A program made the position numbers and the translations under genes. Shown here piece by piece: positions 22,853 to 32,401 of a DNA stretch of 37,969 bases. Origin of the DNA: a virus (Duplodnaviria; Caudoviricetes). The stretch lies in the IMG/VR virus record IMGVR_UViG_3300002515_000008, positions 1 to 37,969 of that record; one strand, written 5' to 3'. Within the stretch, counting starts at the first letter, position 1. The number at the start of each line of letters is the position of its first letter. Under the pieces are notes generated by a model, which worked only from the letters and a program-made list of their open reading frames with translations, did not search any database and was not told the origin of the DNA.

Positions 22853-24768
22853 GCCGTCGCTCCAATCGCACGCGCGCGGGTGGACTGGATGCGCTGTAGC
22901 TTCTCCGCGAGCTTCTCCACGTCGTAGTCGTTCGAGATATACGCGGTCACGGCGTTCGTGATGTAGGTGACGACCCCGCCGCCCGAGGGCGCGACCATGC
23001 CCGCGGCCTGAGCCGCAGACGCGATGAGCGCGGGACCGTTGGCATTGAGCGGGTCGATGACCCACTCCCGGCGCTTCTCGGCGAGAGGGTAGATGCCGGG
23101 TTCGGAGACGATTCCGCCGCTGGCCTTGCCCTTGCCGGTGCTGACCTCGAAGCGGATTGCACCCATGCCGAGCTTGATGTGGTTCTTGTTGAGCATGGCG
23201 ATCATCGAGTGCAGCGGCGAGTCTGTGACCTTCACGCCGATGGTGATGGTCTTGCTCGAGGGCAGCTTGTCGAGCGAGGACGCAACGCCGTCGATCTTGC
23301 CCTCGGCGTCGTTCGCCATCTTTGCGAGAGTGCCCTGCGCCTTGGAAAGCGTGCCGGACTTCATGGCCGCGTCTATCTCGGAGTCGGTCATGTTCGCGGC
23401 GGACTGGTCAACGAGGTTGTACGCGTCGGCGACCTTCATGACGAGCTGGTTGTACTCAGCCGTGCCCTTCTTACCGCCGCCCTTGATGAAGTCGGCGCGC
23501 GCCTTCTCAGCCGAGTGAGCCGCCACGACGTTGTCAGTCAGCGAGCGCGTCGCCTTCTGCGTGTCGGAGAGCACGAGTTCCTGCGCCGCCCATGCGGCGG
23601 TCGTCTCCTCGATCGCGGGGGCGAGGCCCTTCTGCGCGTCCGCGGCTGCATCGGCTGCATCGGCGGCAAAGTTTGTGGATTCGCCCATGATGCGCGCCGT
23701 GCGACCGGCCCCGATAGCCATGTCGTAGTACGTCCGCATTGCAGGCACGGCCGTGATGATGGAGCGCACCACGCCCTCTTGAGCGTCCTGCGTACCGGTC
23801 AGCTCGCGCATCCAGTCGCCGAACGCCATCTGCGCGGGCAACACGGCTTGATAGGTCATGTAGTTGATTGCGCCGCTGATCGCAACGAGTCCGCCGACCA
23901 CGCCGCCCGAGCCGAGCATCTTCAGCGCGCCGACAAGGCCCTTGACCCACGGTGCTGCGATGAGCGCAGCCGCGCCCACTCCGGCGATCGCCACGGTCGT
24001 GTCCTTCGTGGCTGGCGAGAGTTTGTCGAACTCACTCAGCAGCCCGGACGCGCTGTCCGCAAACCGCCCGATGGTGGGAAGCAGCGACGCGCCGATCGTC
24101 TCCTGCAAGTTCTCGATGGCTACATTCGCGCGGTCGATGGAGCCCTGTGTCGTCTTCCCGTACGCTTCCGCAGCTCCGCCGAACTTCTGCTGGATGGCAG
24201 CCAACGCCTCGGTGGCGGTCGCGCCCTTGCGGAGCACGATGCCGTAGCGCGTCAGGATCGACGTGTTCCCCATCGCTACCTTGCCGATGAGCTTGGAGGC
24301 GGTAGCGAGGTCCATGTTCTTCGCGCGGGCGAGGTCGGTCGTGAGCCCGAGCAGCCCCGTGGCCTTGTCCACGTCGCCAGTCGCTTGGATGAGCGAACGC
24401 AGCGCGTCGCCGAGTTCCTCGTCGTCTACGGCCGCGAGCATGGACTGCTTCTGGATGACGCTCTCGAGCTTGTCGCCGTAGGAGGCCCACGAGCCACCCG
24501 CCTGCTCGACCGCGTTACGCAGCAGCGTCTGCGACACTTCCGCGACCTTGGCAGCGGCGACGGAGTTCTTCAGGAATGAGACTAGACCCAACGCGGCGAG
24601 CGCGGACCCTATCTTCGCGAAACCTCCGGTCATGCCCTTGGACAGCGAGCTACCCGCAGTCTGTCCAGCCGCGGACATCTGCGGGGCAAGTTGTGCGTTG
24701 AGCGACGCGCCTAGCCCCTTGGTCGAGGGCAGGATCGTCACATAGGCAGTGGCCAACTCGGTAGCCAT
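22849..24768 (-). CDS. Tape measure protein (639 aa)
   Basis: MATELATAYVTILPS start typical of actinophage TMPs; long Ala/Gly helical protein with central hydrophobic segments. Confidence 0.9.
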   Translation of the reverse strand: MATELATAYVTILPSTKGLGASLNAQLAPQMSAAGQTAGSSLSKGMTGGFAKIGSALAALGLVSFLKNSVAAAKVAEVSQTLLRNAVEQAGGSWASYGDKLESVIQKQSMLAAVDDEELGDALRSLIQATGDVDKATGLLGLTTDLARAKNMDLATASKLIGKVAMGNTSILTRYGIVLRKGATATEALAAIQQKFGGAAEAYGKTTQGSIDRANVAIENLQETIGASLLPTIGRFADSASGLLSEFDKLSPATKDTTVAIAGVGAAALIAAPWVKGLVGALKMLGSGGVVGGLVAISGAINYMTYQAVLPAQMAFGDWMRELTGTQDAQEGVVRSIITAVPAMRTYYDMAIGAGRTARIMGESTNFAADAADAAADAQKGLAPAIEETTAAWAAQELVLSDTQKATRSLTDNVVAAHSAEKARADFIKGGGKKGTAEYNQLVMKVADAYNLVDQSAANMTDSEIDAAMKSGTLSKAQGTLAKMANDAEGKIDGVASSLDKLPSSKTITIGVKVTDSPLHSMIAMLNKNHIKLGMGAIRFEVSTGKGKASGGIVSEPGIYPLAEKRREWVIDPLNANGPALIASAAQAAGMVAPSGGGVVTYITNAVTAYISNDYDVEKLAEKLQRIQSTRARAIGATA

Positions 24769-24769
24769 G

Positions 24770-25425
24770 TCACGCCTCCCGGCGACGGGCGGCCCATGCG
24801 CGGGCCTGTGTGATGCTTCGGACGTTCTGCGGCTTGGCGCTGTGCTCGGTCTCGACGCCCGGACGCGGAATCGGCTCGGGGCGCGGCTTCGAGTTGTCGC
24901 CCTGACGCTGCCAGTTCGCGGTCGCGAGGCGGTCGGCGACGATGGCCAGCAGGTGGTCGGTGGTTGACCACGTCGCGTACTCGCCACCCGATGCGCGCAG
25001 GTAGGCGCTGTCACGGGGCGAGTTCTCGAGGATGACGCGCAGCCTGCGGTACGACAGCGCCCCGCCTAGGTCCCGGATGTCGAGACCTAGGCGGAGCAGG
25101 TCGGCTTCTACAGCCTCCCCGTGCTCGGCTAGGAGTCGGTGGAGGCCTGCGATTCCGGGACGGTCGCACCCTGCCAGTCAGGGACGATGCGCGAGAAGAA
25201 CAGCCGCGCGGTCCCGCCGGCCTCGGTGTAGGCCGCGTAGTCCTCGTCGCTGAGCAGCATCCGCAGAGACGCCACGTCGCCGACAAGCCATACCCGGTCG
25301 GGCCAGAAGATGGGATTCGGGATGGTGATGGTGCGCTCTCCGACCTTGATATCGAGCGGCTTGGCCTTACCCAGCTCCGACTCGATGACCTTGGCGAGAT
25401 CGAACGTCCTCCCCTTGCTCGTCAT
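24770..25425 (-). CDS. Tail assembly chaperone G (25129-25425, 98 aa) and G-T fusion via -1 frameshift
   Basis: The -1 frame 24770-25159 reads LLAEHGEAVEADL...WSTTDHLLA...ANWQR...PIPRPG with no start codon of its own. Slippery C-CCG-GAA at 25153-25159. Confidence 0.85.
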
Positions 25426-25427
25426 GG

Positions 25428-25940
25428 TTAGCTCACCCCGTCATCGCGGTAGCGGTAGTACTTGTTGCCGCTCACGTCCGGGTAGCACGAGATCGTGACG
25501 CCGTACGCGATGGCTTCCTTGGAAGCGATCTTGACCGGGTCGCGCTTGACGACCTTGCCGCTGGGGATGCACAGACGGCGCAGCTTGTCGCCGTCCTCGT
25601 AGTCGATGATCCACGCCTGCTTCGGCAGCGAGACGCCAGCGACGACATCATGGTCGCCGTAGAAGAGGTCGAGCGTCTTGTCGGTGGTCTCGAGCATGAT
25701 GAAGCTGAACTCCGTGGTGAAGTTGCTATCCACGTCGCGGACGCGGTCGCCACCCCACGCGTTGATCGGGGCGCTGTCGTTGCCGGGCGTCTCGGTGACG
25801 CCCGCCTCGTCGATGTATCCGACGTCCACGAACGTGCCGGCGAGCGCGGCGCTCGCAGTCGTGGGAAGAGCGGTGCCGAGCGGGGCCACGGCGACGATGC
25901 CGCTGACTCCCACATCGACGTTGTCGGCGGTCTGCGTCAT
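25428..25940 (-). CDS. Major tail tube protein (170 aa)
   Basis: VAPLGTALPT...VGYIDEAGV...INAWGG...YGVTISCYPD; SD AGGAGGT. Confidence 0.9.
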   Translation of the reverse strand: MTQTADNVDVGVSGIVAVAPLGTALPTTASAALAGTFVDVGYIDEAGVTETPGNDSAPINAWGGDRVRDVDSNFTTEFSFIMLETTDKTLDLFYGDHDVVAGVSLPKQAWIIDYEDGDKLRRLCIPSGKVVKRDPVKIASKEAIAYGVTISCYPDVSGNKYYRYRDDGVS

Positions 25941-26362
25941 GAGATACCTCCTGTGATGGGATGTCCGCGCACGTCGAGTGACGCGGTGAAGCGGTAACGA
26001 GCCTGCTTGGAGAGCGGGTCGGGCATGACCACGGGACCGGCGAACTCCTGGACCCGGTAGACGGTGACTCCGCCGGCGGACTGCCCGCGCCACGCGTTGA
26101 CGAGGCCACGGACGAGGTTCGCGAGCGTGGCGGCCTCTGATGCCTTGGCGGCGTAGCAGTCGAACGTGAGCTGCACGGAGTCCGTCACGAGGTCGCGCCG
26201 CGGGCCGCCTGTGCGCTGTACCGTCACGAACTCGGACGGGCGCGTGGTCGGTACCTTGTCGGCGACTGTGCACGGACGGTCGTATTCGATCAGGTCGTCG
26301 GTGAGCCACTCGATCGCGGCGGCTTCGGTATCGGGAAAGACGATCACTTCCATGGCCGTCAT
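25937..26362 (-). CDS. Tail terminator (141 aa)
   Basis: FPDTEAA...VPTTRPSEFVTVQRTGG...PDP...RY motifs and gene order. Confidence 0.8.
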   Translation of the reverse strand: MTAMEVIVFPDTEAAAIEWLTDDLIEYDRPCTVADKVPTTRPSEFVTVQRTGGPRRDLVTDSVQLTFDCYAAKASEAATLANLVRGLVNAWRGQSAGGVTVYRVQEFAGPVVMPDPLSKQARYRFTASLDVRGHPITGGIS

Positions 26363-26610
26363 CTCCCTGAGTCGATTGCTCGTGTCAGTGCCTGGTCGTT
26401 GGCTTCGGCGAGCATGGCTTCCGCTGTCGTGGCGATGACCGCGACACGGGCCCTGCCTGAGCGCGACATGTTCGTCGTGACGGGCGTTACCTCGAACCCG
26501 TCCCCGGCGGCTTGTGCGATGCGTTCCGCACGCGCCTTGATGTCGGCCTGGACTTCGGGCGAGTTACGGAGCGCCACGAATCCGGGGATGTTGAGCTTCA
26601 GCATCTGCAT
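26359..26610 (-). CDS. Neck protein, HK97 gp10-like (83 aa)
   Basis: LRNSPEVQA...RAERIAQAAG...GRARVAV...ALTRA. Confidence 0.75.
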   Translation of the reverse strand: MQMLKLNIPGFVALRNSPEVQADIKARAERIAQAAGDGFEVTPVTTNMSRSGRARVAVIATTAEAMLAEANDQALTRAIDSGR

Positions 26611-26614
26611 GGCA

Positions 26615-26938
26615 TCACCCTTCCATGCGATCGAACACGGCTTCGGAATGCGCAAGGCCCCCAGTGATGGAGGCCCACGGCTGTACCGAAACCACTTCGT
26701 AGCTCACGCCGCCGAACGTAGCGCGACAGTGAGCCGTCAACACCGTGTCAGGCGGCCCGGTACCGCGCATCATCGTCAACACGCCCTGGCGTCCGATGTC
26801 GTCGGCCTCTTTCGCGGACACAGGCTGGATGCCGCGCCACTGCTCGTCGGTGTCCGTGGCGTTGTCCCAGTCGGGGATGTTCGCGCCGCGGTCGTCCACC
26901 CAAGCGGGCGTGATGACGACAAGCGTCTGCGTCCTCAC
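26615..26938 (-). CDS. Head-to-tail stopper (107 aa)
   Basis: DDRGANIPDWDNA...IQP...YEVV...W...GLAH; gene order. Confidence 0.75.
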   Translation of the reverse strand: MRTQTLVVITPAWVDDRGANIPDWDNATDTDEQWRGIQPVSAKEADDIGRQGVLTMMRGTGPPDTVLTAHCRATFGGVSYEVVSVQPWASITGGLAHSEAVFDRMEG

Positions 26939-27327
26939 AGCTCTACCGTCCGGATCGCGGCGGGGTAGAGGCGGTCCAAGCGTTTCTTCTCGGTGGAGTT
27001 GAGGTCGACGGTGCCGCTGTACGCTTCCGCGCCGTACGTCACGTTCTCGGCGCCTGAGCCCTCGGAGCGCACACCGAGCAGGACGCTCGGGTCGGTCGTG
27101 TCCATGCGCGCGGCGATGGCGCACACGAGCTCCACAAGCGGCTTGGGAACGACGGGCGGGTCCGCGAAGATTCCCACTGCGGTGAGTCGGCCCGCGAGGT
27201 AGCCCCTGACGCGCTCAGACGCGCGCAGGAGCATGTTCTCGCCCGTGGCGTATCCGTAGGCGGTCAGGTCGGTCGAGGTCGCCAGCGCGCCCTCACCGAG
27301 CGCGATCGGCGTCAGTTCGGCGGTCAT
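26935..27327 (-). CDS. Head-to-tail adaptor (130 aa)
   Basis: ATSTDL...LLRASERVR...LVCAIAAR...SEGSG...TY...LNSTEKKRL. Confidence 0.75.
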   Translation of the reverse strand: MTAELTPIALGEGALATSTDLTAYGYATGENMLLRASERVRGYLAGRLTAVGIFADPPVVPKPLVELVCAIAARMDTTDPSVLLGVRSEGSGAENVTYGAEAYSGTVDLNSTEKKRLDRLYPAAIRTVEL

Positions 27328-29225
27328 GCCGTCACCTCTTTCGTGAGCACGCTGTCTCCGCCGGCCGCGTCGTAGTAGCCGTCCTTCGTGAACGCCAGCA
27401 GGTAGTCGGCGTCGGGCTCGAGGTAGATGCGCCACGTCCCGTTCGGGTTCGCGGTCGTCCTCCGCAGCGCCGTGACGAGCGCGGTGTCAGCGGCCGCGTA
27501 TGCGCGGATGGTCGCTCCCGGCGTCGTGATGCCGATCACAGCCCCGTCCGCGTCCTCGCTCGCTTCCGTGAACGCGGTACCGCTGGTGATCTCGCCGCCG
27601 CCTATCGCGGCGACGACGGTGTTGCGGTTCGCGGTGGCGTTCGCTTCCGTGGCGACTCCTGCGGCGAGCGTTGCAGCAGCGATCGCGGCGCGCTCCGTAC
27701 TGTCGAGCGTGGTCGGGTTCACGGTCACGTCCGGTGCGTTGATGGTGCCGGTGAACTCCACCGTGCCGTCGAACGTGGGCGCGGGGATGGCGGCGATGGC
27801 TTCCGTCACCGGCGTCATGTCCACGCTGCCACCGCCCGCGCCGGTCGGTGCCGTCTCTAGTGCGGCGGCGGCGAACCTATCGTGACCGCCCGCGTTCTCG
27901 ACCATCGCGACGAGTCGACCAGCGTCGGCGGATACCTGCGTCACGCTCGGTGCTTCCGCGACCATGTTCGTCGCCGCTCCGCTGTATCCCGTCTTGCTCG
28001 CGGCGGTAGGCGTGACCTCCTGCGTGGTCGGATCGAAGTCGTGGAGCGCACCCACCGCGCCAAGAGTGTCGTCCTTCGCGTGGTCGTATGCCGCGTCCAG
28101 CACCAGCGCGCGAGTGGCTACCTCGTCAGCGATTGCATCGATCGCAGGTGCGGCGGCGGGTGGCGCGGCGTAGACGAGGCTCGTCACGAATGCCTTGATG
28201 CGCCCGCCGATGGTCGTTTCCGCACCCATGCTGGCAATGGCGTAGGCCCAGATGTCAGCCACACTCGGCGCAGCAGCGGGAAGCGCCGCGATAACCTCGT
28301 CAGCCCCGTCCGCGACATTCGTTGCCGTGGCGATGCCCGCGAGCGAGGTGACGGCACCGTCCGTGCCGCGCATGTCCGTGTTCGTGGTGGTCGTGTCCAC
28401 GAGCGTCACGCGAGCGATGGTGCGCGTCTGCACCTCGTCAGCGATTGCGTCGGCGGTAATCATCGCGGGTGCCTCGGCGGGCAGGGCGGCGATGATGGCC
28501 GTCTGTGCGTCGGAGACGTTCGTCGCGGTGGCTATACCCGTGAGCGAGGAGATGGGTGTGATGTGGTCCTGCGTGGCCGCGAGTTGTACGTCGGGCATGG
28601 TCGCTACCTTGACGCCAGCCGTGTCGAGAATCGCCTTGAGCGCGGTCAGTCCGTCCGTCGCGTTGGCGAGGTCGTCCTTGGCTGCGGTCGCGTCAGTACA
28701 GGTGACGGCTGCGGTCACGGAGCCGACAGCGCCGGTCACACTGGATACGGTTCCCATGTTGGAGCCGACTGCGGCGGGAGACGCAGGGAGGTTGTCCGTC
28801 TTGGCCTTGACCGCATCCACGACCGTCTTGACAGCGGGCAGGTCGGTGTCGTGGATGTTGTCGATGACCGTCTTGATGGCGGGAAGGTCGGTCGCGTGAA
28901 CGTCGCCTACCGCTGTCACGATGGTATCGAGCGTTCCGAGATGCACGAACGACGCGGGGACGGACTTCACGTCGGCGGTGCCCGTGGTGGCGAACGACGC
29001 GATAGGTACGCCGTCCGCGCTCATGGTGTACGGAGCCTTGTAGAGTCCGCCGCCAATCTCGGTGACGGTCAGCGTCGTACCCGTGGTGCCGTTCGGTGAC
29101 TTCGCGCCTGCGTCGGAAATCTCCCACACCTTGCCCGTCACGGTGAGTCCCGTTGCGGCGGCTCCTGATGCTACGAGATGGGCGATGAGCACTCCCGCCT
29201 GCCCGGCCTTTGCGTACATGGTCAC
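27324..29225 (-). CDS. Ala/Thr-rich repetitive virion protein, putative head fibre (633 aa)
   Basis: Repeats TDLPAxKTV, SLxGIATATNV and DAIADEVxTR, plus VKAKTDNLP; lies between capsid and adaptor. Confidence 0.6.
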   Translation of the reverse strand: MTMYAKAGQAGVLIAHLVASGAAATGLTVTGKVWEISDAGAKSPNGTTGTTLTVTEIGGGLYKAPYTMSADGVPIASFATTGTADVKSVPASFVHLGTLDTIVTAVGDVHATDLPAIKTVIDNIHDTDLPAVKTVVDAVKAKTDNLPASPAAVGSNMGTVSSVTGAVGSVTAAVTCTDATAAKDDLANATDGLTALKAILDTAGVKVATMPDVQLAATQDHITPISSLTGIATATNVSDAQTAIIAALPAEAPAMITADAIADEVQTRTIARVTLVDTTTTNTDMRGTDGAVTSLAGIATATNVADGADEVIAALPAAAPSVADIWAYAIASMGAETTIGGRIKAFVTSLVYAAPPAAAPAIDAIADEVATRALVLDAAYDHAKDDTLGAVGALHDFDPTTQEVTPTAASKTGYSGAATNMVAEAPSVTQVSADAGRLVAMVENAGGHDRFAAAALETAPTGAGGGSVDMTPVTEAIAAIPAPTFDGTVEFTGTINAPDVTVNPTTLDSTERAAIAAATLAAGVATEANATANRNTVVAAIGGGEITSGTAFTEASEDADGAVIGITTPGATIRAYAAADTALVTALRRTTANPNGTWRIYLEPDADYLLAFTKDGYYDAAGGDSVLTKEVTA

Positions 29226-30379
29226 GCTCCAATCAGGTTGAGCAAGCCGCGAGATGTGCGGGTGATGAGTGGGTAGTTGACGCCACTAAGCGTCGTGAAC
29301 GACCCACCCGTCGAGTACGTCGTCCCCACGCTGTTCGTGGCGAACATGCGCCAGTAGTAGAGCGTGCCGGGCGTCAGACTCGTGATGGGCGCGGTGAACG
29401 CACCGCTGTAGGAATCACCGCCTGTCCAGAGGTTCGCCGTCGTCGGGTTCGCACTCGTGCCCCACGCAACGCCGGTTTCCGTGATAGCCGCGCCGCCGTC
29501 GCTGGTGACGTTTCCGTGGCCCGTGGCGGTGGTGGTCGTTATCGAGGTCGCTGCGGAGTCGGTGACGGTCGGGGCGGTCGCAAACCCGCTGCCAGCCCAC
29601 GAGTCGCCGCCGTACACGCCCGTCTGGTCGGCTCCCTGCTGGGTGCCGCCACTGGTCGGGTTGCCGTTGTAGACACGCAGCGTCCACGGGCCGAATCCTT
29701 GCGCGGTTGACGGCGTGATGGTCGCGGTGCCGCTGGACTCCGCTGCGTCCACGACGTTCGTGCCGTCCGTGAGGCGTGCGTAGTAGCCGGTGGGGAGCGA
29801 GGTGACGAGGATGTTGGCGCGGGTGTAGATGGCAACATCGTCAATGTTGTCACTCGAGTTCGAGACGTTGCTGATTCCGCAATACCCCGTTGTGCGCGTG
29901 GTATCGGTGACACTGATGCGGAGCGTGCCGCTCCCAGTGGCCCCAGCGGTCGCCCCGGTGTAGACCTTGATGCTCGAACCGGAGAACTCGATGCGGACGA
30001 TGGTGGTGGACGCGTCTGTCGCGTCTGAACCTAGAGCGGTAGTCCCGCCATTGACCACCCGAAGTAGCGTTATCCCGGAGGTTCCATTGTTGTAGAGCGC
30101 GTATGCGTTGTAGCCATAGTGCCCGTTGCCGCCATCGGAGCGAAACACCAACGTGCCGTACAGCCCATTCGGGCGGAACTCCACCGCTCCGTTTCCCGGG
30201 TTGGCCCCCGTGGCGACGACTACATCGTAGGAACCGTCAGCGTTATCGCCGTCCCGCGCCGTGTTGGACACGATGGAGTGCGCGGTGCCGTGCTTGTTGA
30301 GCCAGTTCGCCCCGAGCGCACCGTTCGCGCGGTTGAAGTTATCGATGAATCGTCCTGCGGTGGTGAGTGAAAGCGTCAC
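29222..30379 (-). CDS. Putative decoration protein: lectin-like beta domain plus C-terminal FN3-like domain (385 aa)
   Basis: DNFNRANGALGANW N-terminus; GNVTSDGG...LTPGTLYYWRMFATNSVGTTY C-domain. Confidence 0.65.
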   Translation of the reverse strand: MTLSLTTAGRFIDNFNRANGALGANWLNKHGTAHSIVSNTARDGDNADGSYDVVVATGANPGNGAVEFRPNGLYGTLVFRSDGGNGHYGYNAYALYNNGTSGITLLRVVNGGTTALGSDATDASTTIVRIEFSGSSIKVYTGATAGATGSGTLRISVTDTTRTTGYCGISNVSNSSDNIDDVAIYTRANILVTSLPTGYYARLTDGTNVVDAAESSGTATITPSTAQGFGPWTLRVYNGNPTSGGTQQGADQTGVYGGDSWAGSGFATAPTVTDSAATSITTTTATGHGNVTSDGGAAITETGVAWGTSANPTTANLWTGGDSYSGAFTAPITSLTPGTLYYWRMFATNSVGTTYSTGGSFTTLSGVNYPLITRTSRGLLNLIGA

Positions 30380-30660
30380 GTCACGTCACCCCACATCACA
30401 TCGAGTAGCGCCGTGCGTGGATACCGGCGGCGATACGGAGAGCCGGTCTGAGCGTCCTGCGACGGGTAGAGCACATCGAACCCCGCCCACTCGTCATCCG
30501 TGGCAACCACCAAGTAGGACACGTCGCCGCCAAACTCGCGTTGGTCATACCCGCGAGCGCACGTCGGCTCAAGCGCGATGGCGGGCGTCATCACGACGCC
30601 GAGTCCGGGCAGTTCAGCAGGCACCAACTCACACGAGTAGTAGCGTTCGATGAGTGCCAT
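30376..30660 (-). CDS. Hypothetical protein (94 aa)
   Basis: SD GGAGGTG; GTGA overlap with the next gene. Confidence 0.6.
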   Translation of the reverse strand: MALIERYYSCELVPAELPGLGVVMTPAIALEPTCARGYDQREFGGDVSYLVVATDDEWAGFDVLYPSQDAQTGSPYRRRYPRTALLDVMWGDVT

Positions 30661-30854
30661 CTAGCCCACCTCCGCGTGTCCGCGTGTGATGTTCATGTGC
30701 GGACTCCTTGCTGGCGGTTCCCGCCTCATGAACACCGCGACGCTCGGTCAGCGCCCGGTTTCGCGAATGTGTGTGGCGGCCATGGGGCCGCGATGGGCTC
30801 TGGAGGCGGGGCGGACGCGAGGGATGAACCCAGGCGCCCGCCCTGCCGGGAGTG

Positions 30855-31751
30855 CTACGAAACGGCGTTCAGGTACGCGACGAAGTGGTCCGGGTCGGCG
30901 AGCACGAAGCCGTACTCGGCCTCGGCCAGTACCGCGACCAGGTTGTGCTCCCACAGCGAGACGAGAGAGCCGCCGATCGTGACGGTGGCTTCCGTGGAGA
31001 CGGAGTAGTTGATGCCACCGACGACGCCCCATGCGGCCTTGCTCCAGTCGCCACCGAATCCGAGCGTGCCGGACGCGGTGTCGCCGATGCCCTGGCCGAG
31101 CATGGCCGGGCGGCCGATGATGTTCGAGTACACACCCTCGGCGGTCGAAGCCTGGAGCAGCGGACGGTGGTTGTCGTCCACGGCGTTGAGCAGGAGCGGC
31201 TCTGCCTTGTCGTCGAACGCGAAGCCCGTCAGGCGCTTCCCGTCGGCCACGAGCAGGGAGAGGCCGGACACGATGTCGTTGTAGACGGTCGTGCCGGTGC
31301 CGAACTCGACCTCGTGCACGGTCTCGGCGATGTGGTGATCGAACGGGCCGGTGCCGGTCCCGTCTCCACCGAGGTCGTAGAGCGCGGCGTAGTCGAACGC
31401 CTTGGCGAACGCCTCAGCGAATGCGGCGTTGCGGGAAGTCGCGTAGCCGCCCGGATTGGCGCGCACGACCTCGGCCGACATGACCGAGATGCAGGCGATC
31501 TTCTTGGGGACCATCGAGAGCAGGTCGAGCGTGCCGTTGGACGCGGCCTTGAGCCCACCCTCGTCGACCCATGCGGCCGTCGGCTGCGTGAGCATGAACG
31601 GAACGGACTTGCCGTTCATACCGAGAGGAACCTGACGCGCGAGGCGCTGGACAACGGACTGTCGTGCGACCTCATCGAAGATGGGAGCGGACATCTCGGG
31701 CGTGAGGAATCCCTCGAAGCCGCTGATGGTAGTTGCGGCGGAGATCGCCAT
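30855..31751 (-). CDS. Major capsid protein, HK97 fold (298 aa)
   Basis: FLTPEMSAPIF...AAWVDEG...PKKIA...FDYAAL...GDWSKA.WG...SLWEHNLVAVLAEAEYGF. Confidence 0.95.
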   Translation of the reverse strand: MAISAATTISGFEGFLTPEMSAPIFDEVARQSVVQRLARQVPLGMNGKSVPFMLTQPTAAWVDEGGLKAASNGTLDLLSMVPKKIACISVMSAEVVRANPGGYATSRNAAFAEAFAKAFDYAALYDLGGDGTGTGPFDHHIAETVHEVEFGTGTTVYNDIVSGLSLLVADGKRLTGFAFDDKAEPLLLNAVDDNHRPLLQASTAEGVYSNIIGRPAMLGQGIGDTASGTLGFGGDWSKAAWGVVGGINYSVSTEATVTIGGSLVSLWEHNLVAVLAEAEYGFVLADPDHFVAYLNAVS

Positions 31752-31772
31752 GGTGTTGCCTCCTGTGAGTGG

Positions 31773-32321
31773 TTACTTGATGCCGAGCTTCTCGATGACC
31801 GCCCGCGTCAACGGGTCGGTCGAGGTCGGCGCGGATCCTTGCTGCCCCTGTCCGAGCGTCGGCCACGTCGGCTTCTCTGCGGTCGGCTCGGGGAGCGCGT
31901 CCGCGAACGCCTTGACCTTGGCCGCGTCCACGTCGCCCTCATCGGTGAGGAACGACGCGGTGTTGAGCCCGCCGAACAACGCCTCGAGCTTGGTCGGGTC
32001 GATGCGGCCCGCGACGGCTGCCTTGAGTTCGGCAGCGACGAGCTTGCTGCCGGCCTCTTTCAGCGCCTCGGAGCGGCCCGCTGCCTTGGCCTCGGTGACG
32101 GCCTTTTCCTGCTCCGTCATCTGCGACGCCTTGAGAGCGTCGTAATCCTTGGCCTTCCCGGCGTTGGTCGTGGCCCTGTCCTCGTTCTTCCGAGACAGGG
32201 CCTTCCACTTCTCGACTTCGGCTGCCAGGTCTGCCGGTTCCGTTGCGGGTGCGGCGGGCGTTGGTGTGGTGGGCGTTGCGCCCGGGTCGATGGTGGGCGT
32301 GGGCGTTCCTTCTTCGGACAT
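31773..32321 (-). CDS. Capsid scaffolding protein (182 aa)
   Basis: Pro/Thr-rich N-terminus, then KWKALSRKNE, MTEQEKA and GQG; directly before the capsid gene. Confidence 0.85.
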   Translation of the reverse strand: MSEEGTPTPTIDPGATPTTPTPAAPATEPADLAAEVEKWKALSRKNEDRATTNAGKAKDYDALKASQMTEQEKAVTEAKAAGRSEALKEAGSKLVAAELKAAVAGRIDPTKLEALFGGLNTASFLTDEGDVDAAKVKAFADALPEPTAEKPTWPTLGQGQQGSAPTSTDPLTRAVIEKLGIK

Positions 32322-32401
32322 GGGGATACCTCCCGTTTCGGGGGACTGTTGGCCGTTGCGGCCAAGGGGAATAGAGCGACGGGCGTTGCGCCCGGTGATG
32401 C

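Noticed and set aside
29285-29580. Duplicated FN3 segment as a diversity-generating retroelement TR/VR pair
   Set aside because: No reverse transcriptase gene, both copies are coding, and the differences are not adenine-specific.
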